Origin: an uncultured bacterium
GTDB taxonomy: Bacteria; Fidelibacterota; Marinisomatia; Marinisomatales; TCS56
Assembly (NCBI GenBank): GCA_964410945.1
Contig: CAYPJE010000010.1
Span: forward strand, 15,128 to 79,127
Direction: 5' to 3'
Length of the DNA stretch: 64,000 nt
In this document: positions 40,247-50,789 of the stretch, in pieces
Position numbering within the stretch: position 1 is the stretch's first letter
How the letters are laid out: each line of letters opens with the position of its first letter
Position numbers and translations under genes: made by a program
The notes under the pieces: model-generated
What the model saw: only the letters and a program-made list of their open reading frames with translations
What the model was told of the DNA's origin: nothing
Database searches by the model: none

Positions 40247-41563
40247 ATGTTTAACAAAACAAAAATAAAAACTGTAAATTTTCATACCCTGGGGTGTAAA
40301 CTGAACCAGGCTGAAACCGATTCCATTTCAGCGGCCTTTAAAGCCCGGGGGTACACCATCGTGACATCTAGACATCCGGCCGATTTATCGGTGATTAATA
40401 CTTGTACGGTTACCAATGATGCCGATAGTAAAAGTCGTCAGGCCATCAGGGCCGCTATTAAAACATCACCGGCCGGAAGGGTGGTGGTTATAGGCTGTTA
40501 CGCACAGATTAAACCGGATGAGTTACAGGCAATCGATGGCGTTGATATGATCCTCGGCACCCGGGAGAAATTCAATCTTTTGAATTATATCTCCGAGCTT
40601 GAGCTGGAAAGGCCTGAAGAACCGTTGGTATATGTAGACTCTACCGGCGAGGAGATTGAATATTCAGAATCACCATTTATTTCCACCACCAGCCGGACCA
40701 GGGCCTATCTGAAAATTCAGGAAGGCTGTGATTATTATTGTTCCTACTGCATCATCCCGTTCGCTCGCGGAAAGGCTCGCAGCCGAAGATTGCAGGAATG
40801 CCTGGAAGAAGCCAGAAAACTGGTTGATAATGGCTACAAAGAAATCATTCTTACCGGTATCAATATCGGAACCTGGAATGAGGACCGCCTGGTGCTTGCT
40901 GATCTGTTGGAGCAGTTAAGCGGACTTCCCGATCTCGAGCGGATCCGGATCAGCTCAATTGAACCCAATACGACCGATGATCGTTTATTGAAATTGGTCA
41001 GTGAACGGTCAAATATTTGTCCCCACCTGCATATTCCATTACAAAGCGGCTCCCCAACCGTATTGGAAAGAATGCGTCGGAAATATACCCTGTCTGACTA
41101 TCTGAAGTTGGCTGATAGGATTTCCGCCATTTCTCCCGGAATTGCCTGGGGAACCGATATTATCGCCGGATTTCCCGGTGAAACCGAGGCTGAATTCACA
41201 CAGACAATTAATATAATCAATCGTCTACCGTTCACTTACCTGCATGTTTTCCGCTATTCGAGCCGGGATGGTACAATCGCATCTAAACTGAGTGACCCGG
41301 TGGATTTTCATAGTATTAAAAAACGGGCCGCCGCTCTCCGGGAACTGGGGGCCAGGAAGAAACTGGCTTACCAGCGGAAGTTTCTTGGTACAATTCAACC
41401 CGTTCTGTTTGAAACGGCTTACAGGGATGGAAATGTATCCGGCAATACACCCAATTATATCCGGGTTAGGGTTCCCGGCGATGACGATCTATCCAATTCG
41501 ATTCGCAATGTCCGGCTGATTGAAGATCAACAGTCGTTTGTTTGCGGAGAAATCACAGACTGA
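40247..41563 (+). CDS. mtaB: tRNA t6A37 methylthiotransferase
   Basis: TLGCKLNQAE, INTCTVT, KIQEGCDYYCSYCIIPFARG, RISSIEP, HVFRYS. Confidence 0.92.
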   Translation: MFNKTKIKTVNFHTLGCKLNQAETDSISAAFKARGYTIVTSRHPADLSVINTCTVTNDADSKSRQAIRAAIKTSPAGRVVVIGCYAQIKPDELQAIDGVDMILGTREKFNLLNYISELELERPEEPLVYVDSTGEEIEYSESPFISTTSRTRAYLKIQEGCDYYCSYCIIPFARGKARSRRLQECLEEARKLVDNGYKEIILTGINIGTWNEDRLVLADLLEQLSGLPDLERIRISSIEPNTTDDRLLKLVSERSNICPHLHIPLQSGSPTVLERMRRKYTLSDYLKLADRISAISPGIAWGTDIIAGFPGETEAEFTQTINIINRLPFTYLHVFRYSSRDGTIASKLSDPVDFHSIKKRAAALRELGARKKLAYQRKFLGTIQPVLFETAYRDGNVSGNTPNYIRVRVPGDDDLSNSIRNVRLIEDQQSFVCGEITD

Positions 41564-41570
41564 AAATATC

Positions 41571-43466
41571 ATGATTCGCCTCGAGGATATTACCAAAGAA
41601 TTCCCCGATAAGGTTTTATTTACCGCTTCGTGTCTGGCAATCAAACCAGGAATGCGAATCGGGTTGGTTGGACCGAACGGATCGGGAAAAACAACGCTAT
41701 TGCGCATTATGCTGGGCGATGAAACCGTTGACCAGGGCAACGTTCTTGTCGATAAAGGTACTATTATTGGTTATCTGCCCCAGGATATTATTCCAGGCTC
41801 CGGGCGGTCAATTCTGGAAGAAGTGATGAAATCCTTTCCCGCTGTGGCCGAGTTGGAAGAAAATATTTATCAGATTTCCCAGGCTTTGGTTCAAGATCAC
41901 GCAAACACCAAAATGCTGAATAAACTCAGCCGCCTTCAACAGGAATACGAACGCCTGGAAGGCTGGTCGCTGGAAGACCGGGCCGGGAAAATCCTGAGCG
42001 GGCTTGGTTTCAAGGTTGACCAGTTTCATCTGCCCATGGAAGTATTCAGTGGCGGCTGGAGAATGCGGGTGGCCCTGGCCGGGATTCTGTTGCTCGAGCC
42101 GGACATCCTGTTTCTCGATGAACCAACCAACCACCTCGACCTGGAGGCCATCATATGGCTGGAGAATTTCCTGTCCAGCTGGAAAGGCGGACTGGTGATG
42201 ATCAGCCATGACCGTTCTTTCCTGGATCAGATTGTCACCCATATTGTTGAGATTGAACAGGCCCGGATCAAAACTTTTACCGGTAATTATTCGAGCTTCC
42301 AGGAGCAGAAACAGCTACGCCTGGAACAGCAGGCTGCCGCTTATCGGAATCAGCAGCGGAAAATTGCCGAAACAGAGCGCTTTATAGAACGGTTTCGCTA
42401 CAAGAATACCAAAGCCACGCAGGTGCAGAGCAGGGTAAAGCAGCTGGAGAAGCTGGAGCGCATAGAAGCTCCGGATACAACTGAACGGAAACTGAAGGTC
42501 TTCGTTCCCCAGCCGGGCCGGGCACCACAGAAAGTAGCTGATTTCAGGCAGGCTGCGAAAGCTTATGAGACGGTCTCGGTCTATTCCAGGTTGGATTATA
42601 CGGTGGAACGGGGACAGAAAATAGGTCTGGTTGGTCCTAATGGCGCAGGGAAATCAACGTTGCTGAAAATGCTGGCCGGGGAAGAAGCGCTGACTGATGG
42701 TGAACTGGAATTCGGGAATGGCGTCGACCGGGCCTATTTTGCCCAGCATCAATTGGAAATCCTTGATCCCGGTAAAACAGTCTATGAGACTATCGAAAAT
42801 GAGACCGGCGACTGGACCGTATCCCAGATCCGTGGCTACCTGGGATCATTCCTCTTTCCCGGCGATGCCGTAGACAAGCGGGTGCAAGTGCTGTCCGGGG
42901 GAGAGAAATCGCGTCTGGCCCTGGCCCGTATGTTGGTAAGTCCGGCTCACTTGCTGTTGTTGGACGAGCCAACCAATCATCTGGATATGATCTCACGGGA
43001 TGTAGTAGAGGAAGTATTGTCCAATTATCAGGGAACGTTGGTTTGTATTTCACATGACCGTCATTTCCTGAATACAGTCACCGGTACTACGGTTGAAATC
43101 AAAGCCGGCCGGGTGCGGGTATTCCCCGGTAATTACGATTACTACTGCTGGAAAACGGAGCAATCCGTTGAAGTGGATGATAGCGGGAATATTAAAGGCA
43201 ATGATCAGGGCAAAAATGATAAACACGAACGAATTAAAGCCCGTAAAAACCGTCGCAGGCTGGAGAACGAACTGAAAGCTGTCGAACGGCAGTTGCCAAA
43301 ACTGGAAGCTGCCCAAAAAGAACAGATCGCAATCTATAATGATCCGGCCAATGTAGCTGATTACCAGAAGATCAATGCCGCCCTGGATCGGGAGCGGGAG
43401 ATTGAAGCGGAATATCTGGCTTTACTGGAGCGAATGGAAGAAATCGAAGGGCTCCTGCTGAAATAA
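41571..43466 (+). CDS. ABC-F family ATP-binding protein
   Basis: Two ABC domains (GPNGSGKTT, FSGGWRMR, GPNGAGKST, LSGGEKSR), LDEPTNHLD twice, no TM. ATG at 41571. Confidence 0.93.
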   Translation: MIRLEDITKEFPDKVLFTASCLAIKPGMRIGLVGPNGSGKTTLLRIMLGDETVDQGNVLVDKGTIIGYLPQDIIPGSGRSILEEVMKSFPAVAELEENIYQISQALVQDHANTKMLNKLSRLQQEYERLEGWSLEDRAGKILSGLGFKVDQFHLPMEVFSGGWRMRVALAGILLLEPDILFLDEPTNHLDLEAIIWLENFLSSWKGGLVMISHDRSFLDQIVTHIVEIEQARIKTFTGNYSSFQEQKQLRLEQQAAAYRNQQRKIAETERFIERFRYKNTKATQVQSRVKQLEKLERIEAPDTTERKLKVFVPQPGRAPQKVADFRQAAKAYETVSVYSRLDYTVERGQKIGLVGPNGAGKSTLLKMLAGEEALTDGELEFGNGVDRAYFAQHQLEILDPGKTVYETIENETGDWTVSQIRGYLGSFLFPGDAVDKRVQVLSGGEKSRLALARMLVSPAHLLLLDEPTNHLDMISRDVVEEVLSNYQGTLVCISHDRHFLNTVTGTTVEIKAGRVRVFPGNYDYYCWKTEQSVEVDDSGNIKGNDQGKNDKHERIKARKNRRRLENELKAVERQLPKLEAAQKEQIAIYNDPANVADYQKINAALDREREIEAEYLALLERMEEIEGLLLK

Positions 43467-43508
43467 ATTCCCCCAGTCGGTGGTGGATTATAGTTTTTGT
43501 GGTGATAA

Positions 43509-43772
43509 TTTCGATCACCATTCAACCTAACGTTTATTACTACTGACATTAGCCTGAATTCGACCTTCGGTTTGATTTGCCTTGAGATCCCTGCTCAATA
43601 ATAGGCCACACTGGACCTGCGAACCTCTTTCGGATCAATTGATGTGGGAGATATAAAAGGCAATGTCCGTGAGCATTTTTCCAATGTCTCATTTGATGGT
43701 GTAATCGGTGATGGCAAAGGTAAAATCGATTGTTCTGCTACTAACGGAAACATTGATATTATTTTAAAATAG
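43509..43772 (+). pseudogene. 3' remnant of a DUF4097-like gene with two in-frame stops
   Basis: Reads ISLNSTFGLICLEIPAQ**ATLDLRTSFGSIDV..DGVIGDGKGKIDCSATNGNIDIILK*; parallels the C-terminus of 13985..14812. Confidence 0.6.
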
Positions 43773-43802
43773 ACTTAAAAGGACAGTGGGTCCTCGACGA
43801 TC

Positions 43803-44327
43803 TCAAAGTAAAAGGTTACCTGCTTGATCATCGCTGCTTGTAGTAATATATGATCCATTGATTGATACTGTTCCTTCTTCATCACAATAGGCTCCACTAT
43901 AAAAAGTATCTGTATTCCAATCATATGTAAATCCCTTATCACCCAGAAATGTTTGGCCAAGTGCAAGAAGATAGAAATAGGCAGATTTACTACTGTTGGT
44001 AACTTCAATTAAGTATTCATCATATCCAATTGATGGTGATTCATTCCCTCCTCTATCAAATGCATATAGTGGATAACAACTCGAATGATTTCCTGGTATC
44101 GCAATTGTTTCTGTATGACTACCTGAAGCTATTAAATAATTTTCATTCCGTCTTGGCGAATTGTTATTTGTAGCTCTAATATATACAGTTGTTTGAGCTG
44201 GGACATTTTTCGTAAAAAAGACAAATTCATAATTCCCAAATCCAGTGAGATCAGAATATAATTGACTTACTACAAATATAATTAAAAAGATCTTAATAAT
44301 ATTTTTCATTATAAATCCCTTATTCAA
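43803..44327 (-). CDS. Secreted hypothetical protein in AT-rich island, possibly truncated
   Basis: Signal peptide MKNIIKIFLIIFVVSQLYS; overlaps the stop of the upstream gene. Confidence 0.6.
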   Translation of the reverse strand: MNKGFIMKNIIKIFLIIFVVSQLYSDLTGFGNYEFVFFTKNVPAQTTVYIRATNNNSPRRNENYLIASGSHTETIAIPGNHSSCYPLYAFDRGGNESPSIGYDEYLIEVTNSSKSAYFYLLALGQTFLGDKGFTYDWNTDTFYSGAYCDEEGTVSINGSYITTSSDDQAGNLLL

Positions 44328-45582
44328 TTGATATTATTTGATTGTTGTCGGATTGGATAACCCCAACCCAGGAAGTATTGTTATAAGATATTATTGGGCA
44401 TTGGAATCCTGTCCCATTTAATTCAATTGTCCATTCTGTTATACCATTATCAGACGATAATACATTGAAGTGAGATCCAGTGTAATATATGTTACCATTA
44501 CAATCAGCGATTAGTGGAGATATGTTTTCACTATCCGTTAATATTTTAATCCATCTCTCTTGTCCATAGTAATCTAATTGCACAATCTTTTCGGACAAGG
44601 AAATAATAATATTACCTTCTGAATCAAGAGTATATCTATCATTAAATGATCCAAAAGGTGATGTATCATACATCCATCTAATAGAACCATCAGGTCTTAC
44701 CGAATACAATTTAGAATTCTGATTATTTTGATTAGTCAGATAACTTGCATGTGTAGAGAAATATATATTTCCTGCATTATCAACAATTGGGCGGCTAGAA
44801 ATTTCAAGCGTTGTATCTGTAGAATTGAAGGACCACTTAACTGTACCAGACTCTGGGTTGATAGCATAAAGATAACTTGAGCCAATTGCCCCGGTTGCAT
44901 ACAAGACATCTCCATCAGGTGAAAATGATATATCTGCCCCAGCATAAAAACTTTCATCATTCGGTTTTAACCAAAGTAAATCCCCATCATTTGATAAGGA
45001 ATACAATCCAGCACTCGTAATAAAATACAACGAGCCGTCGAGACCAATATTCATTTCAGAAACTCCCAGGCCATCAAAACTATACTTCCATAATAAAGTA
45101 CCATTGTGATTGAATGCATAAATGCTTCTCATTGATGGATATATAATAACCCCAGTATCAGTGATTAACGGAGTACGCTCTGTCTCAACCCAATCTAAAG
45201 GGAATCTCCATTTTAGCATACAATTAGAGCTTATTGCATTTAGATATGCAATTTGTGACTCGGTGCTATCTTGATTATATGAGCTTCCAAAATATAGTGT
45301 TGAGTCAATGCCAATTGCCAATGAGGTAATAGCATTGCTTGAATAAACACTATTAATATGTAAACCACACGAATAAACTCCACTTTGTAGCCCACTTAAA
45401 TGGCTACGACCTGTACCTTGTGGATTATGTCTATACATTGGCCAAGGGGAGTTCGCAAGGCTTGGCCAATGTATCTGTTCTTGATTATGATCAGAGCGTG
45501 CATCATTGTCTGGACACCCGACAATGAAAAATAATAATATTCCAATCAATACGGTAAAATAAATATTTTGTACCAAATACAT
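44320..45582 (-). CDS. PQQ-like (BamB-type) beta-propeller lipoprotein
   Basis: IVGC lipobox; WPSLANSPWPMYRHNPQ; repeated YAxNxxGxLxW and DGxIYF blades. Confidence 0.85.
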   Translation of the reverse strand: MYLVQNIYFTVLIGILLFFIVGCPDNDARSDHNQEQIHWPSLANSPWPMYRHNPQGTGRSHLSGLQSGVYSCGLHINSVYSSNAITSLAIGIDSTLYFGSSYNQDSTESQIAYLNAISSNCMLKWRFPLDWVETERTPLITDTGVIIYPSMRSIYAFNHNGTLLWKYSFDGLGVSEMNIGLDGSLYFITSAGLYSLSNDGDLLWLKPNDESFYAGADISFSPDGDVLYATGAIGSSYLYAINPESGTVKWSFNSTDTTLEISSRPIVDNAGNIYFSTHASYLTNQNNQNSKLYSVRPDGSIRWMYDTSPFGSFNDRYTLDSEGNIIISLSEKIVQLDYYGQERWIKILTDSENISPLIADCNGNIYYTGSHFNVLSSDNGITEWTIELNGTGFQCPIISYNNTSWVGVIQSDNNQIISIE

Positions 45583-45800
45583 AATCCCTTGCCTATCAAT
45601 TTACTAACAGTAGTACTTATTTAGTTTACAGACAGCATTATTAATTAACAAAGCTGTAAGATCAGTATTCTGCTTTCTCATTTAGATATTCCCACCCTTT
45701 CAAAGCCAACGAAATCTAAATATACAACATTTATTACAAAATACGTATAATACCGTATTTATATAGTATTTAACCAGTATTATTTTTATCTATATTGAAA

Positions 45801-46058
45801 TCATTCAAAATCCCTCAACTTCCCTGAATAAACTTTTTTAAACTTCAATCTATACCTATTGAAATGTGGTAATGTAATTTCTTTTGTCCAGAAAACTACA
45901 ATCTTCTCATCAGGGTTCAACTCATATTCTTTAACTAAAATTTTTCTGATATTTGGATAATGATACTTGAAGGTTGTGATATATACAGCCTTTCTCAGGT
46001 TTAGATACTGCTTTGGAACACTGTCTTTCTCTGTATACACTGGCACTAATTTCTTCAC
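45801..46058 (-). CDS. Small hypothetical protein
   Basis: 85-aa ORF in AT-rich island, GTG start, no motif recognised. Confidence 0.35.
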   Translation of the reverse strand: MKKLVPVYTEKDSVPKQYLNLRKAVYITTFKYHYPNIRKILVKEYELNPDEKIVVFWTKEITLPHFNRYRLKFKKVYSGKLRDFE

Positions 46059-46089
46059 AATTAATACAATTTTCTTACCCTAAGGGGAA

Positions 46090-46693
46090 GGTCAAGTCCA
46101 AAAAGTTCTGTAAAATGGTTCAAGCGGCCACGGTCTTCAATTGTTTTGATTTATTGGTTTTTCGTTTCTGTTTTTCCTGATCTAACAGGGTCATATCCAA
46201 GTATTGTCTACCGGTAATCCATTCTTCCGCCTGTTCCATACACAGAGCACCTATTAACCTGAGAGCGGAGTCCCGATTCGGGAAGATGCGGATCACATTA
46301 GTCCGGCGCTTGATTTCTTCATTGAACCGTTCCAGGCTATTGGTGGTCCTGATTTTCCGGTGATGTTCTAATGGAAAGTTCTGGCAGGTGAGAGTATCCT
46401 CACCGTCGTTTTCCAGCTGGTCAGCTGCCGGGGCTTATAGCCATTGCGGTGACCACGGCGGTCTGAGGTACGCTCATATGGTAATACTCCGACATGCAAA
46501 GCAATTTCTTGTTCCGGGTATTCCTGTATATACTGCTGCACAAGTCCCCTTAAAAACTCTGGATTATCAACTTCTTTGTTTGTATTCTTCACACGGGTCA
46601 TGGTTTACTCCTTTTATTTGCTCTGAATCAAAACAAATTTAAGAACTGACCATGGCCCCTTTTTCAAAAGTACAGAAAATTAGGGACTCAACT
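46090..46693 (-). mobile_element. Internally deleted IS256-family element
   Basis: Imperfect terminal IRs (GGTCAAGTCCAAAAAGTTCTGTA and reverse-complement AGTTGAGTCCCTAATTTTCTGTA). Transposase N-part (YERTSDRRGHRNGYKPR) joined out of frame to C-part (RKIRTTNSLERFNEEIKRRTNVIRIFPN). Confidence 0.88.
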
Positions 46694-46708
46694 TCATTTG
46701 GAAATTAA

Positions 46709-47443
46709 ATGGCTGTAGAAATACCAAATATTGCCTGTGGTGGCAAAGATAATTACGATACAAGAATGGTTCGTAATAGATTGAAGATTATTAATGCTAA
46801 TTGCGATTCATTAGAAAATAAAACTGTTCTTGATGTGGGCTGTGCATATGGGGGGCAAACCATACTTATTGCACAACAGAGTGGTATGCTATACGCAATT
46901 GATTTTGAGGAACACAAAGTTGAATATTTTAAGAAAAAATTAAGTGAAACTGATATTTCAAATATTAGTGTTGACGTAGGTGATGCCCAAGCTCTCAAAT
47001 TCGATGATGAATTTTTTGATATAGTTACTGCCATTGAAGTTTTGGATCATGTTGAATCAGAAGAAAAGGTTTTAAACGAATTAAATAGAGTACTCAAGAA
47101 AGATGGTACCCTTGTAATGGTGGTTCCTAATAAGTGGTGGATATTTGAAACACATGGAGCTAATCTACCTCTGCTAAAATGGAACCGAGTACCATTCTTC
47201 TCTTGGCTTCCAAAAAAAATCCATGATCGATGGGCAAAAGCAAGAATCTATTCAAAATCTAATATTCGAAAATTACTAATCAATCAGGGTTTTAAAATAA
47301 ACAGTATGACGTATTTAACAGCTCCTATGGACGAAGTCAAGAATCCGACCATTCAAAAATTCCTTAGATCAACAATTTTCAGGGGCACGAGCACAAGACA
47401 TGGAATATTATCGACAGCAATTATTGTAACTGCCTCAAAATAG
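46709..47443 (+). CDS. Class I SAM-dependent methyltransferase (Methyltransf_11-like)
   Basis: VLDVGCAYG, GDAQAL.FDDEFFDIV, EVLDHV, RVLKKDG..VPN. Confidence 0.88.
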   Translation: MAVEIPNIACGGKDNYDTRMVRNRLKIINANCDSLENKTVLDVGCAYGGQTILIAQQSGMLYAIDFEEHKVEYFKKKLSETDISNISVDVGDAQALKFDDEFFDIVTAIEVLDHVESEEKVLNELNRVLKKDGTLVMVVPNKWWIFETHGANLPLLKWNRVPFFSWLPKKIHDRWAKARIYSKSNIRKLLINQGFKINSMTYLTAPMDEVKNPTIQKFLRSTIFRGTSTRHGILSTAIIVTASK

Positions 47444-47590
47444 AATAAAATTATTAATTATACCTCAATACTCTGGCAGTAGTAATACGTTATACTAGCT
47501 CGTTGGAGTGTCCTGAGTTTTGTATCCCGAAGACGGTATTATTTGACACAATCTAACCTGCCTGGACACCTGAATAAATTGCAGCAAAGC

Positions 47591-47616
47591 AAAAACCCCG
47601 TCTGTGAACGGGGCTT
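47591..47616 (-). terminator. Intrinsic terminator downstream of the SLC13 gene
   Basis: Minus strand CCCCGT-TCACAG-ACGGGG-TTTTT. Confidence 0.6.
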
Positions 47617-47712
47617 GTCGTAGAGTGACTCCCTGCCTGCGCTGCTGCTTCGGCAGACAGGCGGTGCAACTCCTCCGGGGGAGTCCCTAGGGGAGAACGC
47701 ACGGCCAATGGC

Positions 47713-49518
47713 CTAGAAAACCGGTGTAAAGGGCCACAAGACCGGAATCAGAAGGATGGCGGTCAGCCACAGGATCAATGCCAGGGGCGCCCCTATTTTC
47801 ATATAATCGGTGAATTTATACCCGCCCGGACCATAGACCATCAGGTTGGTCTGGTATCCAACCGGCGTTATGAATGAGGCCGAGGCGGCAAAGCAGATCG
47901 CCAGAATGAACGGCCGTGGGGCCAGGCCCACTTGAGCGGCGGCATTCAATGCAATCGGTACCATGATGATCGCCGCGGCGGCATTGGATGAAACTTCGGT
48001 TAATACAGCCGTCAGTAAATATAGAATGGCCAGCAAGATATAACCCTGCCAGGCTGGCGGAACGCTGCTCACCAGATTGTAAATATTGCCGCCGAGCCAG
48101 TCGGCGGTGCCACTGGACTGGATGGCAAAGCCCAGGGGAATCAGACAGGCAATCAACACAATTACCGGCCAGTGGATCGAATGGTAAACCTCATTGGGAG
48201 TAAGAACCCGTACGACCAGCAGTATAATCACTGCCAGCAATACGTTGGTAATAATTGGCGTAACCCCGAAGGCCGCCAGAATGACGGCTCCTAACAACAC
48301 CACCACGCTGAGCCACCAGAAACGGTGCCGTTTGAGTTTTGTTTGGATCTCCTGTAAAACGATAAAGTCGCCGGTGGAGGCCATTTCCTGAACCTTCTCA
48401 CGGGAACCGTAGACCAACAGGGTGTCGTAGGCCTTCAGGATGATGTGGGCTACCTTGCTGCGCAGGATGGCACCCTCCCGGCGGATCGCCAGGACGAAAG
48501 CTCCGAAATGCCGGCGGAAGTTCGACTCCATCACGCTGCGGCCCACCAGGTCGGACTGATCGGTCATCAGACATTCCACCAGCACGTTGTCTTTCTGGGC
48601 CAGTTCAAGATGAGTCAGTTTTTCATCAGTCAGCAGCGTGACCCGCTCGACCTTCTTCAGCCGCAACAGGTTTTCCACCGCACCACGGACGAACAGGATA
48701 TCTCCGGACTGCAGGACCGTATTGCGGATATTGGATGTTACATGCTCATTATCCCGCAGGATGTCCAGCACCACCACATCGTAATTCTGGCTGATTCCGC
48801 GGTCGAAAATCGTCCTTCCCACCAGGGCCGAATCAGCGGTGATCCTGATCTCGGTCAGATAGCCGCCCAGATGATAATTCTGCGTCAGGCTGGAGGTTAC
48901 CGTACGCGATGGCAGGAGACGCATCCCCAGGATAAACAGGTAAAGCAAACCGATGATCAGGATAAAGATGCCGTAGCGGGTGAACTCGAACATCCCGAAG
49001 GATGCTTCGGTCGTGGTCGTAGTCATCATTGAGTTCACCAGCAAATTGGTGGAAGTGCCGATCAGGGTCATGGTCCCGCCCATGATGGCAGCATAGCTCA
49101 GCGGTATCAGAACTTTGGATGGGCTGATATTGTATTTATGGGCCATCCTGATGGCGATCGGCATGAATATCGCCACGACAGCCGTATTATTGATAAATGC
49201 TGATAGGACGGCAATCGACAGCAGAAATACGATCAGACCCAGTTTGGTGGACTGGCGGGCCAGTTTATTAAGATAGATTACCAGGTTTTCCAGGACACCG
49301 GTCTTCTGGAGGGCGAAACTTAGGGCAAACAGGAGCGCAATGGTGATTACAGCCGAATTGGAAAAGCCCAGAAAAGCATCGGCCGGGGTTAGAATTCCGG
49401 TGGCCAGCAGCAGGCCCAGGGCCACCATGGCAGTGATCTCGATGGAAAGTGCCTCGGTGGCAAACAATACCACGGTGATCAGAATAATCGTTAGTACGGT
49501 TGCGATTTCGAAAGTCAT
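47713..49518 (-). CDS. SLC13/DASS family permease with two TrkA-C domains
   Basis: SAFINNT, GGTMTLIGTSTNL, TEVSSNAA, TPVGYQTNLMVYGPGGYKFTD. Confidence 0.92.
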   Translation of the reverse strand: MTFEIATVLTIILITVVLFATEALSIEITAMVALGLLLATGILTPADAFLGFSNSAVITIALLFALSFALQKTGVLENLVIYLNKLARQSTKLGLIVFLLSIAVLSAFINNTAVVAIFMPIAIRMAHKYNISPSKVLIPLSYAAIMGGTMTLIGTSTNLLVNSMMTTTTTEASFGMFEFTRYGIFILIIGLLYLFILGMRLLPSRTVTSSLTQNYHLGGYLTEIRITADSALVGRTIFDRGISQNYDVVVLDILRDNEHVTSNIRNTVLQSGDILFVRGAVENLLRLKKVERVTLLTDEKLTHLELAQKDNVLVECLMTDQSDLVGRSVMESNFRRHFGAFVLAIRREGAILRSKVAHIILKAYDTLLVYGSREKVQEMASTGDFIVLQEIQTKLKRHRFWWLSVVVLLGAVILAAFGVTPIITNVLLAVIILLVVRVLTPNEVYHSIHWPVIVLIACLIPLGFAIQSSGTADWLGGNIYNLVSSVPPAWQGYILLAILYLLTAVLTEVSSNAAAAIIMVPIALNAAAQVGLAPRPFILAICFAASASFITPVGYQTNLMVYGPGGYKFTDYMKIGAPLALILWLTAILLIPVLWPFTPVF

Positions 49519-49525
49519 AACGGAA

Positions 49526-50332
49526 TTATTGCTCCATAACGGTGTAATCCAGTTCCGAACCTAATACGCTATGGGGTATCATGTAAACTATAAGCAGAAT
49601 TATACTGGCTGCCAGAATCCATCCCGGACGCCGCGATTTACGGTTTTTCCAGAGCGCCAGTATCCACAGGATAAAGGCCGCCAGGGTTTTGTTGTCGGTC
49701 AGGTCGTGGCCGAATGGCCAGCCGGTCCAGAAGGCACCAAAAGCGTATTTCTGCACGATTGGCCCCAGGATGATACCACCCAGAAAGAGCAGGATAGTGG
49801 TGACCAGTGCATATCGGTAAAGTCGTTCGCCTTTTACCAGGACTTGCAGTCCGCTGCGATTGGAAATCAGCATGGCAAAAAACATGAATAGTACGTGCGG
49901 TAAAAGAATGGAGGTGGGGACGCTGCCTTTGAAGCGCATGATAACCGGATCGGGGGTCAACAGCAACTGCTCTCCTTCCGGGATTTTAAGGCTGATCTGA
50001 TACATGATTTTTCCTGTCGGTGGTTGTGAGGGCAGGCGCAGAAGCAGGCGGTCACCGGAACGTTCCAGGGGACGCTGTGTCCATTCATCATGGCTACGGT
50101 AGCGGCGGTAAATATATTCACCGGTCACTGATTGATCCGGTACGGCCAGCTCAATCAGCGGATCGATTCCCGAATCATGGGTTCGCAGTAATGAAAAATC
50201 AATTTCCTGGTTATTTACGGTAACGGTTCCTTCAACCGGATAGGTAGGGCCGGTCTGGCGCTGATAAATTGCCGATGACAGGGTTATGACTACGGCGGTA
50301 AGCCATAGCAGAATGTTTTGATATGTTTTCAT
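49526..50332 (-). CDS. Conserved-looking membrane protein
   Basis: YQRQTGPTYP, GPIVQKYAFGAFWTGWPFGHDLTDNKT, IPHS; about 5 TM. Start placed at MKTYQ. Confidence 0.8.
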   Translation of the reverse strand: MKTYQNILLWLTAVVITLSSAIYQRQTGPTYPVEGTVTVNNQEIDFSLLRTHDSGIDPLIELAVPDQSVTGEYIYRRYRSHDEWTQRPLERSGDRLLLRLPSQPPTGKIMYQISLKIPEGEQLLLTPDPVIMRFKGSVPTSILLPHVLFMFFAMLISNRSGLQVLVKGERLYRYALVTTILLFLGGIILGPIVQKYAFGAFWTGWPFGHDLTDNKTLAAFILWILALWKNRKSRRPGWILAASIILLIVYMIPHSVLGSELDYTVMEQ

Positions 50333-50577
50333 TTTATTAAGGCCGGTAGTTTGGTTACTTAGACGTTCCCCGTAAAAACCGATGATTAATTTCGTTGGAT
50401 TCTGGGCTAAAAACAAGAATCTAAAACGATGTGCTGAAGTGAACGGTTATCAATTAATTAACTATTGAAGAAGTATGTGAGCACAGTTTAACTTCATTAG
50501 CTTTATTCAAGTTGTTGAAATTTGTTTTGAATAATCAGTTGAAGCTGATTTAAACCACCCGTTAAGGAGGTGATTAT

Positions 50578-50772
50578 ATGGTGGAAGTGACGGTCAGAAA
50601 AGATGAACCGTTGGAACGTGCCCTGCGCCGCTTCAAGAAGAAGTGGGAACGGGCCGGTGTTTTACGCACGCTGAAGGCCAAGTCCTATTATGTCAAGCCC
50701 AGCGATGAAAAACGCGCCCAGCGTAAAAAGACCGCTCGCCGCCTGGCCCGAATGGCTCGTTATTATTACTGA
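50578..50772 (+). CDS. rpsU: 30S ribosomal protein S21
   Basis: EPLERALRRFKK..YYVKPS; AAGGAGGT RBS. Confidence 0.96.
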   Translation: MVEVTVRKDEPLERALRRFKKKWERAGVLRTLKAKSYYVKPSDEKRAQRKKTARRLARMARYYY

Positions 50773-50789
50773 GTTGTTTTTTTAGGCTT

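Noticed and set aside
46368-46601. 77-aa ORF as an intact gene
   Set aside because: N-terminal IS256 transposase fragment that goes out of frame at the deletion
47681-47700. tRNA gene
   Set aside because: Only about 12 nt of loose similarity; no cloverleaf or T-loop
48445-49032. 195-aa + strand ORF
   Set aside because: Antisense to the SLC13 permease
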